Both the position numbers and the translations under genes were made by a program. A stretch of 64,000 nucleotides of DNA from Candidatus Wirthbacteria bacterium (GTDB taxonomy: Bacteria > Patescibacteriota > CG2-30-54-11), in NCBI GenBank assembly GCA_903889905.1, contig CAISZI010000008.1:40766-104765 (forward strand). The letters run 5' to 3'. Below the pieces are notes generated by a model. It did no database searches. It was given only the letters and a program-made list of their open reading frames with translations, and was not told the origin of the DNA. Positions 9,707-19,774 of this stretch are shown here, one piece after another (within the stretch, counting starts at the first letter, position 1; each line of letters opens with the position of its first letter).

Positions 9707-11527
9707 TTACATCTCGAGATAATCTTTCAGATTCTTGGCCGATAGCGGAAATCTCAATTTCTTCAGGGCCTTGGCTTCGATCTGGCGGATACGTTCGCGG
9801 GTGACACCAAACTGGACGCCCACTTCTTCCAGTGTCCGGGTACGGCCGTCTTCGAGGCCAAACCGCAGGATGAGGACACGTTTTTCACGCGGGGTCAGGA
9901 GGTCAAGCGCTTTCTGGATTTCTTCCTTGAGCAAAGTACGGGAAGCGGCTTCGGGCGGGCTGAGGCCATTGTCGTCTTCAATAAAGTCCATCAGCAGACT
10001 ATCGCCTTCTTCGCCGACGGGAGTTTCAAGCGAGATTGGTTCCTGGGAAATACGCAAAATTTCTTTGACTTTCTTGACCGGAAGTTCCATTTTTTCAGCA
10101 ATTTCATCGGGGGTTGGATCACGGCCTTTTTCCTGCAGCAGTTCGCGGGAGATACGGATCAGGCGGTTAATGGTTTCCACCATATGCACCGGAATACGAA
10201 TCGTACGGGCCTGGTCGGCAATGGCACGTGTGATCGCCTGACGAATCCACCACGTGGCATAGGTCGAAAACTTGAACCCGCGGCGATAGTCGAATTTTTC
10301 CACCGCACGCATGAGGCCGATATTCCCTTCCTGAATGAGGTCCAATAGGGAAAGCCCGCGGCCAATATATTTCTTGGCTACCGACACAACCAGACGCAGG
10401 TTGGCTTCGATCAGCCGTGTACGGCCGAGTTCATTGCCTTCTTCCAGCATTTTGGCGTATTTGACTTCTTCTTCGGGGGTTAAGAGGTCAACGCGGCCGA
10501 TTTCCTTGAGGTACACGCGGACCGGGTCGTCGACGCGCATCTCGTCAATTTCATGTTCAATGTTGACCGACATGCCTTCGCGGTCGTTGCCGCCAGGCAA
10601 ATTGTCCATCATCGACTTGTCACCCTCAACCACATCGATTTCGTTTTCGATAAAGCGTGCATACAACTCATCCAGTTTCTCAACATCATCTTCCGCCTGC
10701 GGAAAAAGATTGGCAATGTCTTCCTGTGTGACAAAGCCCTGCTCCTCCCCCAGCACCAGCAGGTTATGAATGGCTTCCTCATCGCTGATCACACCTGGTT
10801 CGGCTGTCGCGGCATGGTCATCGGTATCGTGATGGGCTTTGTCGATTTCCACATGTGGCGCAGGTCCAGCTTCCAGTGAAACCAGTTCTTCCTCAGGGGG
10901 TTCGGCCATTTCCAGTGGTGGCGACTCTTCTTCAGCCGCTTCCTCGCTCACCTCAACCGCAGGAGTATCATCAATTTCTACTTTAATGCGTTGCTTATTT
11001 TTGAGTTTCTCTGGTTTTTCTGCTTTGAACTGCAGTTTCTTTTTGGCGATCTCGGCTGCTTCGGTCTCTTGCTTGCTTAACGTTTTGGCTTTGACGGGTT
11101 TGACAGGTTTGGCAATTTTGGAAATTGGCAATTTGGTTTCCTTCCCAGGTTTAGTTGGCTTCGCTTTTTGATTAGGTTTAATTTTGGGGATGACTTTAAC
11201 TGGTTTTTTGACCACTTTCGACTTTTTTACCGGTTGGATTGCTTTGGCAGGTTTCACTTTTTTGACAACCGCTTTGCGCACAGGTTTGACGATTTTTTTG
11301 ACCGGTTTGGATGCCTTTTTTGGGGCTTTGGCAACTGCTTTGGCTTTGTGGGAAAGCACTTTTTTGACGACTTGTTTAGGCACCACTTTTTTGAGGTGTT
11401 TTGTCACTTTGGCTGGTTTGACCATTTTCTTGAGTGGTTTTGCCAATTTCTTGACCGGTTTGGCAACTTTTTTCACAGGTTTCTTAACCTTTTTCACCGT
11501 TTGACGAGACACAACTGGTTTGGGCAT
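9707..11527 (-). CDS. rpoD: RNA polymerase primary sigma factor with a Lys-rich N-terminal extension
   Basis: [59 protein letters not shown]; lies downstream of dnaG. Confidence 0.97.
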   Translation of the reverse strand: MPKPVVSRQTVKKVKKPVKKVAKPVKKLAKPLKKMVKPAKVTKHLKKVVPKQVVKKVLSHKAKAVAKAPKKASKPVKKIVKPVRKAVVKKVKPAKAIQPVKKSKVVKKPVKVIPKIKPNQKAKPTKPGKETKLPISKIAKPVKPVKAKTLSKQETEAAEIAKKKLQFKAEKPEKLKNKQRIKVEIDDTPAVEVSEEAAEEESPPLEMAEPPEEELVSLEAGPAPHVEIDKAHHDTDDHAATAEPGVISDEEAIHNLLVLGEEQGFVTQEDIANLFPQAEDDVEKLDELYARFIENEIDVVEGDKSMMDNLPGGNDREGMSVNIEHEIDEMRVDDPVRVYLKEIGRVDLLTPEEEVKYAKMLEEGNELGRTRLIEANLRLVVSVAKKYIGRGLSLLDLIQEGNIGLMRAVEKFDYRRGFKFSTYATWWIRQAITRAIADQARTIRIPVHMVETINRLIRISRELLQEKGRDPTPDEIAEKMELPVKKVKEILRISQEPISLETPVGEEGDSLLMDFIEDDNGLSPPEAASRTLLKEEIQKALDLLTPREKRVLILRFGLEDGRTRTLEEVGVQFGVTRERIRQIEAKALKKLRFPLSAKNLKDYLEM

Positions 11528-11539
11528 GAAAATGCCTCC

Positions 11540-13315
11540 TTAAATCCTATCCAATTCTAACTGCTCGCGCCTCACGGTGAGTTGTTGTTGCTCGTGTTGC
11601 AACGCCACGATCGTGGCTTCGTCATCCGCAATTTCGGCACGCGCGATATCTTTGGGAATTGCGGTCAGACGGTCTTTGATGTACCCATACTCGAGCCGAT
11701 CGTGGAGTTTTGCGAATACCACTTCGGGTGCAAAATCGAGTTGCAAGGGAACAAAGACGGCTTCCGCCAGAATTTTTTGTTCAGTAGTGCCAACGTTAGC
11801 ATAAAACGCCTCGAATTGGAAGGAATTCGCATCCTGCCGCATCAGCTCTTCCAGGATATGTCTAATCTCTGGACTGCTGATCCAATTGAGATTGAGCTGC
11901 GAGAGTGCTTTGATCAAAGTCGGATTTTGTACCACCAGTGTCATGAATTCTTTTTCGATGGCGGGCAATTTGGGGATGTCGCCTGTGTCAATATTGGCCA
12001 CGGGTCTGGCACGACTTGGGATGATTTTAAGCCGCTGTAACTCCACTTGCAACGTATCTTGAGACACCTTGAGCGCTTCCCCAAGCTGCTGCAAATAATG
12101 CATGCGGCTGACCTCTGACTCCAGCCGCGCGATCAGCGTCAAGGCTTCTTTGGCTGACTGCTGTTTGCCCAAACTTGAAGTCAAATCATGTGCGCTTAAA
12201 ATCGATTGCAGTCGATACGTCATCACCGGCACTGCCTTGGCTTTGGCATCCTGCCAGATTTTGATGTCTTGCTTGACAGCTTCGTCCGGGTCTTTGGCTC
12301 CAACGAGACGCACGACACGGGCGTCCATGCCATCGTTTTCGGCCAGTTCAAGCGCGTTCAGGGTTGCTTTGGCGCCAGCACTATCGGTGTCAAAGGCCAC
12401 CAGAAGTTTGGTGACAAAGCGTTTGGCCAGCTACATTTGTTCAGATGTGAGAGCAGTCCCCAGCGGCGCCACCACGTTCTGCTCACCGGCCTGATGCAAT
12501 TGGATCACATCCAGATTGCCTTCGACCAGGATCAGTTCTTCGCTAAGTCTTGCCTGGTGTTTGGCAAAGTTGTAGGCATACAAAATCTGTCCTTTGTGGT
12601 AGATATCGCTGTCGGGCGAATTGATGTATTTGCCACCTTCAAATTCCTTTTTGAGCGTACGGCCGCTGAACCCCACCACCTTGTCCTGCGGGTCAAAAAT
12701 CGGGAACATCAAGCGGTCGCGGAAACGGTCGTAATAGCCATCCTGCCGGTCGGAACGGATGACCAGGCCAAGCTTTTCGGCAGTCGACAAAGTGTACCCT
12801 TTCTCGGCCAATGTCTTGACCACGGTGTCCCAGCGATCTGGCACATAACCAAGCCGAAATTGCTTCGCAATTGCCTCACCAATGCCGCGTTCCCGCAGGT
12901 AGGCACGCGCGGGTTCTCCCACGGGACTTTGCCACAGGAGGTATTCGTAAAGGCCAGCCACAAACGAATTCAAATCGGTAAACAACTCCCGTTCCTTGAT
13001 TTTGCCGGTCGAAGGTGCCTTGATGTCGTTGGTCAATGCCACGCCCGCCTGCCCCGCAAGCTGTTCGAGCGCTTCCCCGAATTCCAAACCCTCGATTTTC
13101 TGCACAAAGGCAAAAACATCGCCACTCTCGCCACAGCCAAAACATTTAAAAATGTTGAGCTCGGGATTGACCATGAACGACGGCGTTTTTTCGTTGTGGA
13201 ACGGGCACAGCGCGCGCAGATTGGTGCCGGCTTTTTTGAGTGTGACATAACGGCCGACCACATCGACGATGTTGAGCCGGTCCTTGATCTGTTCTATTTC
13301 GTTGCGGGTAGCCAT
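11540..13315 (-). CDS. dnaG: DNA primase, interrupted by one in-frame TAG at 12431-12433
   Basis: Zn finger CPFHNEKTPSF...CFGC, DRFRDRLMFPI, KYINSP, VEGNLD. The frame continues after TAG as LAKRFVTKLLVAFDTDSAG...KDPDE. Confidence 0.92.
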
Positions 13316-13429
13316 GGTTGCATGAAATCAGCGGTAAGGGGTATAATATAACTCTACAGAAGAGCGGCTACCAGTATAGCGTATTTGGGTCGCAATCTGT
13401 AGCAAATACCAAAACCAAAGGAGAAAACC

Positions 13430-13768
13430 ATGGAAAATCCCGAAGCGGCGCAGCAGGCCAATCTGGAACAGATGAAACAAAACCTGCTCGACAAACTCGA
13501 CAACTTCCTCGACCAGATGCTCCAGACCGCCGGTCTGATTGCCGAAACCGCCGTCGAAATCTTCAGCAACCTCGTCCCCAGCGTCATTCCGTGGCCGCCG
13601 TTCAATACCATCAAAAGCTTCCTCCCACAGATTCTACAGTTCCGGCAACATCACCCCTCTGCCCAGACTGCAAACCCACATATTCCGCATCCGTTCTCGT
13701 TCATCCACAAAGGCAAAGTTCGCCAAAATATCCCCCACCAATACCGTTTGCAACTCAAACTCAACTAA
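13430..13768 (+). CDS. hypothetical protein
   Basis: AAGGAG RBS before ATG; codon style matches neighbouring genes. Confidence 0.6.
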   Translation: MENPEAAQQANLEQMKQNLLDKLDNFLDQMLQTAGLIAETAVEIFSNLVPSVIPWPPFNTIKSFLPQILQFRQHHPSAQTANPHIPHPFSFIHKGKVRQNIPHQYRLQLKLN

Positions 13769-13781
13769 CCGAGGAGGCCCC

Positions 13782-14162
13782 ATGCAACTGCCCGATGTCA
13801 GCAAAGTCGATTCCCAGGAATTGCTTGGTAACATTTTACAAACCGCCGACTTTGCCCAGCCTGACCAGAAACGCCTCATGGACAAGCTTGAATCCGCCAT
13901 TTATGTGCGCTCGCTCAAAACCCTGCTCGCGCTCCTCCCCGAAGAGCAGAAACGCAAGCTCGAGACCACCATGCACTTTCAGCCGCACTTTTTCCTCGAA
14001 CGCGTACTGAGCATTTTGCAGGCCTTTTCCACGCCCGAACAAATCGTCGAAATCCTCAACAAGTCCAGTGAAGAGACATTTTTGGAATTTTTTGACACTT
14101 TTTTGACTGAATGCTCGGAAGAACAGAAGAAGAAGATTAATGAGTATTTGAAGTCGGTATAA
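13782..14162 (+). CDS. hypothetical helical protein (possibly DUF5663-like)
   Basis: GGAGG RBS before ATG 13782; acidic helical pattern LLPEEQKRKLE. Confidence 0.6.
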   Translation: MQLPDVSKVDSQELLGNILQTADFAQPDQKRLMDKLESAIYVRSLKTLLALLPEEQKRKLETTMHFQPHFFLERVLSILQAFSTPEQIVEILNKSSEETFLEFFDTFLTECSEEQKKKINEYLKSV

Positions 14163-14183
14163 TTCCTATCGTAAAAGATATTT

Positions 14184-14831
14184 ATGGATAACACCGATAA
14201 CTTTTTTGAAGCCATCCGGTCATCTTCTGAACTCCAGACTATCATTACATGCAACGCGATTTTTCAACGTATGCTGGATGTTGAAATTATCGAACAAATG
14301 GCTTCGAACCAGCCTTATTCAACACCAGATATAGAAGTTCAGCAGGACTACAGTGACGGACTCCAGGCCGAAGCTGCGGCAGCAAAGGCTAAATTGCTGC
14401 AACTTACGAACCTTGACCCCGACGCAGTCGATGGCATTGTTTTTCAGCTTGAAAGTGATGACAACGAAAAACGACAGGCTGTTTATGACCAGGAATTATT
14501 TGCCAAAGCACGCGATGTGGCAGTGCACGCGCAGCAACACAATGTGCGTCTCGATGATGTCTCCCGTACCACTGCTTCGCCTGATCTCACCAACGCCGAC
14601 AAATTACTGACAGCCTACAAGGTATGGATCGTTGCCATCGTGGATGCAGTAAATGCCAAAGACAGCTCACTGCAAGTGGACTTTAACTATGTCAAAGCAT
14701 TAATCGAGCAGGATTTGGATATCCGCGACAATCTAATTTTCGATCCCAAAAAAAATTGTCGGGTAACACTCGCCGAGCGCTACATGTCTCGTCAATCCAC
14801 TTCTTTGCAAAATCCGAAAAAGGTTTCGTAA
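14184..14831 (+). CDS. hypothetical protein
   Basis: 215-aa ORF that follows the previous gene and ends just before a polA 3'-end copy. Confidence 0.65.
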   Translation: MDNTDNFFEAIRSSSELQTIITCNAIFQRMLDVEIIEQMASNQPYSTPDIEVQQDYSDGLQAEAAAAKAKLLQLTNLDPDAVDGIVFQLESDDNEKRQAVYDQELFAKARDVAVHAQQHNVRLDDVSRTTASPDLTNADKLLTAYKVWIVAIVDAVNAKDSSLQVDFNYVKALIEQDLDIRDNLIFDPKKNCRVTLAERYMSRQSTSLQNPKKVS

Positions 14832-14842
14832 TCACCCCAGCT

Positions 14843-14931
14843 TCACTTCAATATTCTCCCCATCTCCCCCCAATTCCTCCCCACCTCAACATCAACCTTA
14901 AGTGGAACGGACATGATAAATGCCTGTTCCA
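14843..14931 (-). repeat. displaced copy of the polA 3' end (in frame, with its own stop)
   Basis: Reads EQAFIMSVPLKVDVEVGRNWGEMGRILK* versus polA EQAFEMSVPLKVDVEVGRNWGEMGKMN*. Confidence 0.92.
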
Positions 14932-14936
14932 CTCTT

Positions 14937-15335
14937 TTATTGCCACAATCTCATGAACTCGGCAGGCGGGACAATTTTTGTTCCCTTGAATTCAACCAAT
15001 TGCAACAAGTGGTGGTCGCCCGAGACAAGATAATCGGCTTTGGCCGCGAGGGCGCACTCCAAAAACCGGTTGTCACTTGGGTCTTCCGCAATGACCGAAA
15101 GTTGCGGTAAGTCAGCCAGCTGGCTGACGTTGGACGCCATTTCCAACGTTTCGATGATGAAACCAAGGTAATCCGGACTCACATGTTCTGCCAGAATGGC
15201 CCGATATTCAGCCATAATCGCCGCGGAAAGACACAGCTGAAACTTTCCCTCGAGCCAGAGATTAATGATTGCCTGCGCATGGCCACCAAAAAAGCTCGAG
15301 ATCACCACATTGGTGTCCAGCACTACCTTCCTCAT
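14937..15335 (-). CDS. PIN-domain toxin (putative toxin-antitoxin toxin)
   Basis: VVLDTNVVIS...DPSDNRFLECA...YLVSGDHHLL. Confidence 0.92.
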   Translation of the reverse strand: MRKVVLDTNVVISSFFGGHAQAIINLWLEGKFQLCLSAAIMAEYRAILAEHVSPDYLGFIIETLEMASNVSQLADLPQLSVIAEDPSDNRFLECALAAKADYLVSGDHHLLQLVEFKGTKIVPPAEFMRLWQ

Positions 15336-15661
15336 GGGGTGGCCTTCTGCTTCTGCCGGTATGCTTCAATCATCTGTGGTACGTCCGCTGCGGTCAGTCC
15401 CTTGAATCGCATCTCAGCGCCAGCGGCCGACCAAACCTGTTTGATGTCATCAATCTGCATTTGCCTGGCCAAGCCATTGGCGCCGGCATTGATGAAGGTG
15501 CGGCTGAGTTGCTCGGATCTAAAAAACCATTGTTTACCAAATTTATAAGCAGGGATCTGGTTGGTTTGTGCCTTGCGGATGATGGTTTGTACATTTTTCC
15601 ACGGCACAAAATCCAGTTCTGCCACTTGTTTGGCTGTCAAAAAACCTGAAGTCTTTTCCAT
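15332..15661 (-). CDS. putative antitoxin with excisionase-like (HTH_17) N-terminal domain
   Basis: FLTAKQVAE...TIIRKAQTNQIPAYKFGKQWFF; ATGA overlap with the PIN gene. Confidence 0.7.
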   Translation of the reverse strand: MEKTSGFLTAKQVAELDFVPWKNVQTIIRKAQTNQIPAYKFGKQWFFRSEQLSRTFINAGANGLARQMQIDDIKQVWSAAGAEMRFKGLTAADVPQMIEAYRQKQKATP

Positions 15662-15736
15662 AGCTCGTCTCCCAGTAATGATAACTGACTGTATTTTATC
15701 ATACTTCTAGATACGACAAAACACTCAAAAATACTG

Positions 15737-15793
15737 AATATTCCCCATCTGCCCCAATTCCTCCCCACCTCGACATCAACCTTAAGTGGAACG
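15737..15793 (-). repeat. second displaced copy of the polA 3' end (1-bp deletion)
   Basis: ttccccatctgccccaattcctccccacctcgacatcaaccttaagtggaac matches the polA end near 16824-16876. Confidence 0.9.
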
Positions 15794-15851
15794 AAAATTA
15801 TGCTTATTTATTTACCATTGTTATCAAAAATAATATAATACAACACAATAC

Positions 15852-15880
15852 TTGACATAATGTCATATTATACGTACAAT
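15852..15880 (+). promoter_or_regulatory. sigma70 promoter for the 15913 ORF
   Basis: TTGACA-17bp-TACAAT; the inverted repeat TGACAtaaTGTCA overlaps the -35. Confidence 0.75.
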
Positions 15881-15912
15881 AATACTCCTATTTTTAACAA
15901 ACAGGACACTAA

Positions 15913-16758
15913 ATGGCAACAACGTCAAAATCGACCACAGGAGATTTTCCCGATTCAATTGATCTAACCACAGCGACAGACAATATTGATAGAAATACCG
16001 CTGATCGTTTTAAGCTAGCGTGTAGCAAGGCCGGAGTCAAATTGTGTGAACTAACTACCCTGACTAAATACTTGGCCGCTAGATATGCCCCTCGCAATGG
16101 AACCGCCCAAGTTCCTAACACAACCAATATTGACAATACATTCGAGAATTTTCGGGGTGCTCCAAACACTCTATTGTTAGATGCGGTTGAGGGGGAAATT
16201 AAACTATTCATGGTATCCCTTGAACCGATGTATAAACAACTGATTGATAAATCTACTGATGATATCGAGCACGCGATTGGAAGGAATCACGTTGTTACCA
16301 GCGACGCTGTACTCGCAGCAATTGAATTATGGGGAACAGACGCCATGACGATTGAACCATGGAAGACTAATTTTGGACATCAACCTACTGAAACCAGTGG
16401 GCTAAATGCTCAAGCAGGCGAGGATACTAGTTGGAAAGATCCACTGGCTTCAGTCAGGCAATCAACGGGATTCGCAAATCGTGCAGCCCGTGCCCAGAAA
16501 GGACATAACCGCCGCAAACAGTATGACAAAGCAACTGAAAATGTTCCCGGTATTTTGGGTTTTATCAGGGATCCGGTGTGGGCTCGTGAAACGATTCTCA
16601 ACGCTAGAATTGATAAAAGTCCAGCAGCCAGGGATATTGTGTCGATTGCCTCAGCGACAACACTTCTAAGCATCAAAACTGACTTAGAGGCCATGCTGGA
16701 TGATCTGCGACACCAATTACCAATGGGTAAATTGCCCGAAACACCCACTCAGTCATAA
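15913..16758 (+). CDS. hypothetical protein (cassette gene between polA-end copies)
   Basis: 281-aa ORF with its own consensus promoter and AGGA RBS; more AT-rich than polA. Confidence 0.7.
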   Translation: MATTSKSTTGDFPDSIDLTTATDNIDRNTADRFKLACSKAGVKLCELTTLTKYLAARYAPRNGTAQVPNTTNIDNTFENFRGAPNTLLLDAVEGEIKLFMVSLEPMYKQLIDKSTDDIEHAIGRNHVVTSDAVLAAIELWGTDAMTIEPWKTNFGHQPTETSGLNAQAGEDTSWKDPLASVRQSTGFANRAARAQKGHNRRKQYDKATENVPGILGFIRDPVWARETILNARIDKSPAARDIVSIASATTLLSIKTDLEAMLDDLRHQLPMGKLPETPTQS

Positions 16759-16813
16759 ACAATCTCAGCTTCAGTCCACGCCGATAAACGAAAAAAATAC
16801 TGTTTGCATAAAA

Positions 16814-19753
16814 TTAGTTCATCTTCCCCATCTCCCCCCAGTTCCTCCCCACCTCAACATCAACCTTAAGTGGAACAGACATCTCAAATGCCTGTTCCAT
16901 TTTTTGTCTCACCAGTTCCGCGACAGTGGCAAGCTCGTCGGTTGGGCACTCCAGTACCACTTCGTCGTGGACTTGTAAAATGAGTTTAGACTCGAACTTT
17001 TGGTTCCGCAGAGCCGCAAAAATCTCGATCATGGCGATTTTGACAATGTCAGCGGCGGTGCCCTGAATCGGCATATTGATCGCTTCACGCTGAGCGGCGA
17101 GCTGCAGCGGAACCGACGGGCTGTGAATCTCTGGAATCTGGCGGATACGGCCCAACAGCGTGCTGACATAACCTTTGGTACGGGCTTCGATTTTGATCTT
17201 TTCAAGGAATACCGACACGTCGGGAAAGCTGCTGAAGAAATTCTGGATAAACATCTCCGCTTCCTCGCTCGAGATCGCAAGCTGCCGCGACAGGCCGTAT
17301 TTGGACTGGCCGTAGATGACGCCGAAGTTGACGGTTTTGGCAATACCCCGCTGCTTTTTGGTCACCTGGTCAAGGGATACGTTAAAGATATTGGCAGCCG
17401 TTGCAGTGTGAAAATCACGGCCGGAATTAAAAGCATCGATCAGTTTCTGGTCGCCTGACATGTGCGCCAGAATGCGGAATTCCATCTGGCTGTAGTCAGC
17501 GGCCAAAAGCTGACAGCCATCACGGGCGATGAAAGCTTTGCGGATTTCATTGCCGAGCTCGGTGCGGATCGGGATATTCTGCAAATTCGGATTGGTCGAG
17601 GACAGGCGGCCAGTAGACGTGATGAACTGGTTGTACGAAGTATGCACACGTTGCTCCGGCCCCTGCGCCAGTGGCGGCAAGGCTTCGGCATAGGTAGATC
17701 GCAATTTGGCCAGTTCACGGTACTGCAAAATGTATTCGATCACGACATGTTCGCCACGGATTTTTTCCAGACTGTCAGCGTCCGTGGAGTAACCAGTTTT
17801 GATCTTTTTGGTCTTGCGAATACCCAAATCCTGGAAAAGTAATTTAGCGAGTTGCTGAGTGGAATTGACATTAAAATTGTAGCCCGCAACATTGATCATC
17901 TGGTTTTCCAGCACTTTCATGTCATCCTGGAGCCGCAACGAAAATTTTTCCAACATCCTGATGTCGAGTTTGACCCCGACAAATTCCATGTCTACCAGCA
18001 CTTCGATCAGTGGCATCTCGAGGCCAAAAAAAACCTTTTCCATGTCGGTGTCAGCATGCGTCTCGGCAACACGTAAACTCACGTCTTTGAGCCGATCGCG
18101 AAACAGGTTATAGAGACGGTAAGTCATCACAGCGTCGGCCGCTGCATAGTTCGTGGCTTCCAGGTAAGGCACAAGGTCAAATGTCCGTTGGTCTTTGCCT
18201 TTTTTGCCAATCAATTCGTCAATTTCCTGCATGCGGACGCCAAGCTCAGTAAACGCCAGGTCCTTGAGGCCGTAATTGCGCAATCCGGGATGAAGGACAT
18301 AGGCCGCGAGCAACGTGTCAAAGTAGTAACCCTTGAGCTCGATGCCAGCCACCCGCAGGATGAGCGCATCAAATTTGAGGTGATGGCCGATTTTGCGGAT
18401 TACGGGATTTTCCAGAACAGGTTTGACGATGGCCAGCGCCTGCTCAAGATCAATCAAACTGCAATCAAAGTGCCGTAGTGGCAGATAATACCCGGCCCCA
18501 GCTTCCACCGCAAAAGACATTCCCACCATTTGGGCAGAATAAGGATCGAGAGAGGTCGTTTCGGTGTCAAGACTGATTTCACCTGCCTGTTCCGCACGCG
18601 CCATAAGCGCCTTGAGTTTGGCCAGGCTGTCGATGCATGTCAGCGCCACATCGCTCAGCGAGGTGCTGATCGGCGGCGTTTTGGTTTCAGGAAGTGCCAT
18701 CAACGGTGGCCCGGCGCCTTCGCCAACCGTCGGCGGCAGGTCAAACAGAGAAGCCTGCACACCAGTCGTGGCAATGGTGCCAAGTGTTGACTTGATCACA
18801 GCTTGAACTTCGGCTTTTGGTGCTGGCTGGGACACAGGTGAAACGACCGGTGCGACAGAAACAGATGGCTGATGACCGGGCAGCAATTTGATCAGACTCG
18901 AAAACTCCATTTCCTTGAGCGTTTGCAGGGCTTTTTGCTCGTCATAGTCATGCGTTCGGGCAGCTTCCAGGTCAAGTGTGATCGGCACATTGCGCACAAT
19001 CGTGGCCAGGTGCTTGCTAAGGTATGCCTGCTCCTTCTGCGTCCGCAGCAATTCCTGAATCCGCACTTTGGTCAGTGCCGCATTGCCCGTCTCAACCGCT
19101 TCGTAAATTTGTTCCAGATGACCATAGGCCAGGATCAATTCCGTCGCCGTTTTCTCGCCAATGCCACGCACACCGGGGATGTTGTCGGAACTGTCGCCCC
19201 GCAAAGCTTTATAATCCACCAAAAAATCCGGGCCAAAACCGTACTTGGCTTTGACACCGGCGCTGTCATAAATCGTATCACTCCCGGCGCTGCCGCGGGA
19301 GGCAATCACATGCACGCGACTGTCGACAAGTTGCAACGAATCGTTGTCACCGGTGACGATATACACATCAACGTCCGGTGTTTGGTCTTCGGCCATTTTG
19401 GACAGCGTCCCGATCACATCATCGGCTTCAAAACCGGACTTCTCGATCATCGGGATATTAAATGCCGCCACGATGTCTTTGATCCGGTCGAGCTGGTGCT
19501 TGAGCGACGCGTCTGTCTCGGGCCGATGTGCCTTGTACGGCGCATACTGCGTGTGGCGAAACGTCGGGCCTTTGAAGTCATAGGCGACGATCGAATATTC
19601 GGGCTGGTATTTTTTGAGGATATTGAGCAGAATCAAGGCAAAACCATACACCGCGTTCAGGCTTTCGCCTTTGGAATTGCTCAAGGGTGGAATGGCGTGA
19701 AAAGCGCGGTGGGCAATGCTGTGACCGTCGAAGAGGAAAAGGGATTTGGGCAT
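16814..19753 (-). CDS. polA: DNA polymerase I
   Basis: 5'-3' exonuclease (FDGHS...EADD...GDSSDNIPGV), 3'-5' exonuclease (SLDTET), polymerase (ADYSQMEFR, AKTVNFGVIYG, QVHDE). Confidence 0.98.
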   Translation of the reverse strand: MPKSLFLFDGHSIAHRAFHAIPPLSNSKGESLNAVYGFALILLNILKKYQPEYSIVAYDFKGPTFRHTQYAPYKAHRPETDASLKHQLDRIKDIVAAFNIPMIEKSGFEADDVIGTLSKMAEDQTPDVDVYIVTGDNDSLQLVDSRVHVIASRGSAGSDTIYDSAGVKAKYGFGPDFLVDYKALRGDSSDNIPGVRGIGEKTATELILAYGHLEQIYEAVETGNAALTKVRIQELLRTQKEQAYLSKHLATIVRNVPITLDLEAARTHDYDEQKALQTLKEMEFSSLIKLLPGHQPSVSVAPVVSPVSQPAPKAEVQAVIKSTLGTIATTGVQASLFDLPPTVGEGAGPPLMALPETKTPPISTSLSDVALTCIDSLAKLKALMARAEQAGEISLDTETTSLDPYSAQMVGMSFAVEAGAGYYLPLRHFDCSLIDLEQALAIVKPVLENPVIRKIGHHLKFDALILRVAGIELKGYYFDTLLAAYVLHPGLRNYGLKDLAFTELGVRMQEIDELIGKKGKDQRTFDLVPYLEATNYAAADAVMTYRLYNLFRDRLKDVSLRVAETHADTDMEKVFFGLEMPLIEVLVDMEFVGVKLDIRMLEKFSLRLQDDMKVLENQMINVAGYNFNVNSTQQLAKLLFQDLGIRKTKKIKTGYSTDADSLEKIRGEHVVIEYILQYRELAKLRSTYAEALPPLAQGPEQRVHTSYNQFITSTGRLSSTNPNLQNIPIRTELGNEIRKAFIARDGCQLLAADYSQMEFRILAHMSGDQKLIDAFNSGRDFHTATAANIFNVSLDQVTKKQRGIAKTVNFGVIYGQSKYGLSRQLAISSEEAEMFIQNFFSSFPDVSVFLEKIKIEARTKGYVSTLLGRIRQIPEIHSPSVPLQLAAQREAINMPIQGTAADIVKIAMIEIFAALRNQKFESKLILQVHDEVVLECPTDELATVAELVRQKMEQAFEMSVPLKVDVEVGRNWGEMGKMN

Positions 19754-19774
19754 GATAAGTCAATCAAATGCAGC

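Noticed and set aside
12431-12433. Genome-wide TAG recoding suggested by the dnaG stop
   Set aside because: TAG ends pilB, yebC and giant genes A and B at their expected C-termini, and none of the six tRNAs has a CUA anticodon
14843-16899. CRISPR array or classical prophage at the polA repeats
   Set aside because: The spacers are ~0.8-1 kb whole genes, the repeats are polA coding sequence, and there are no cas, integrase or phage genes
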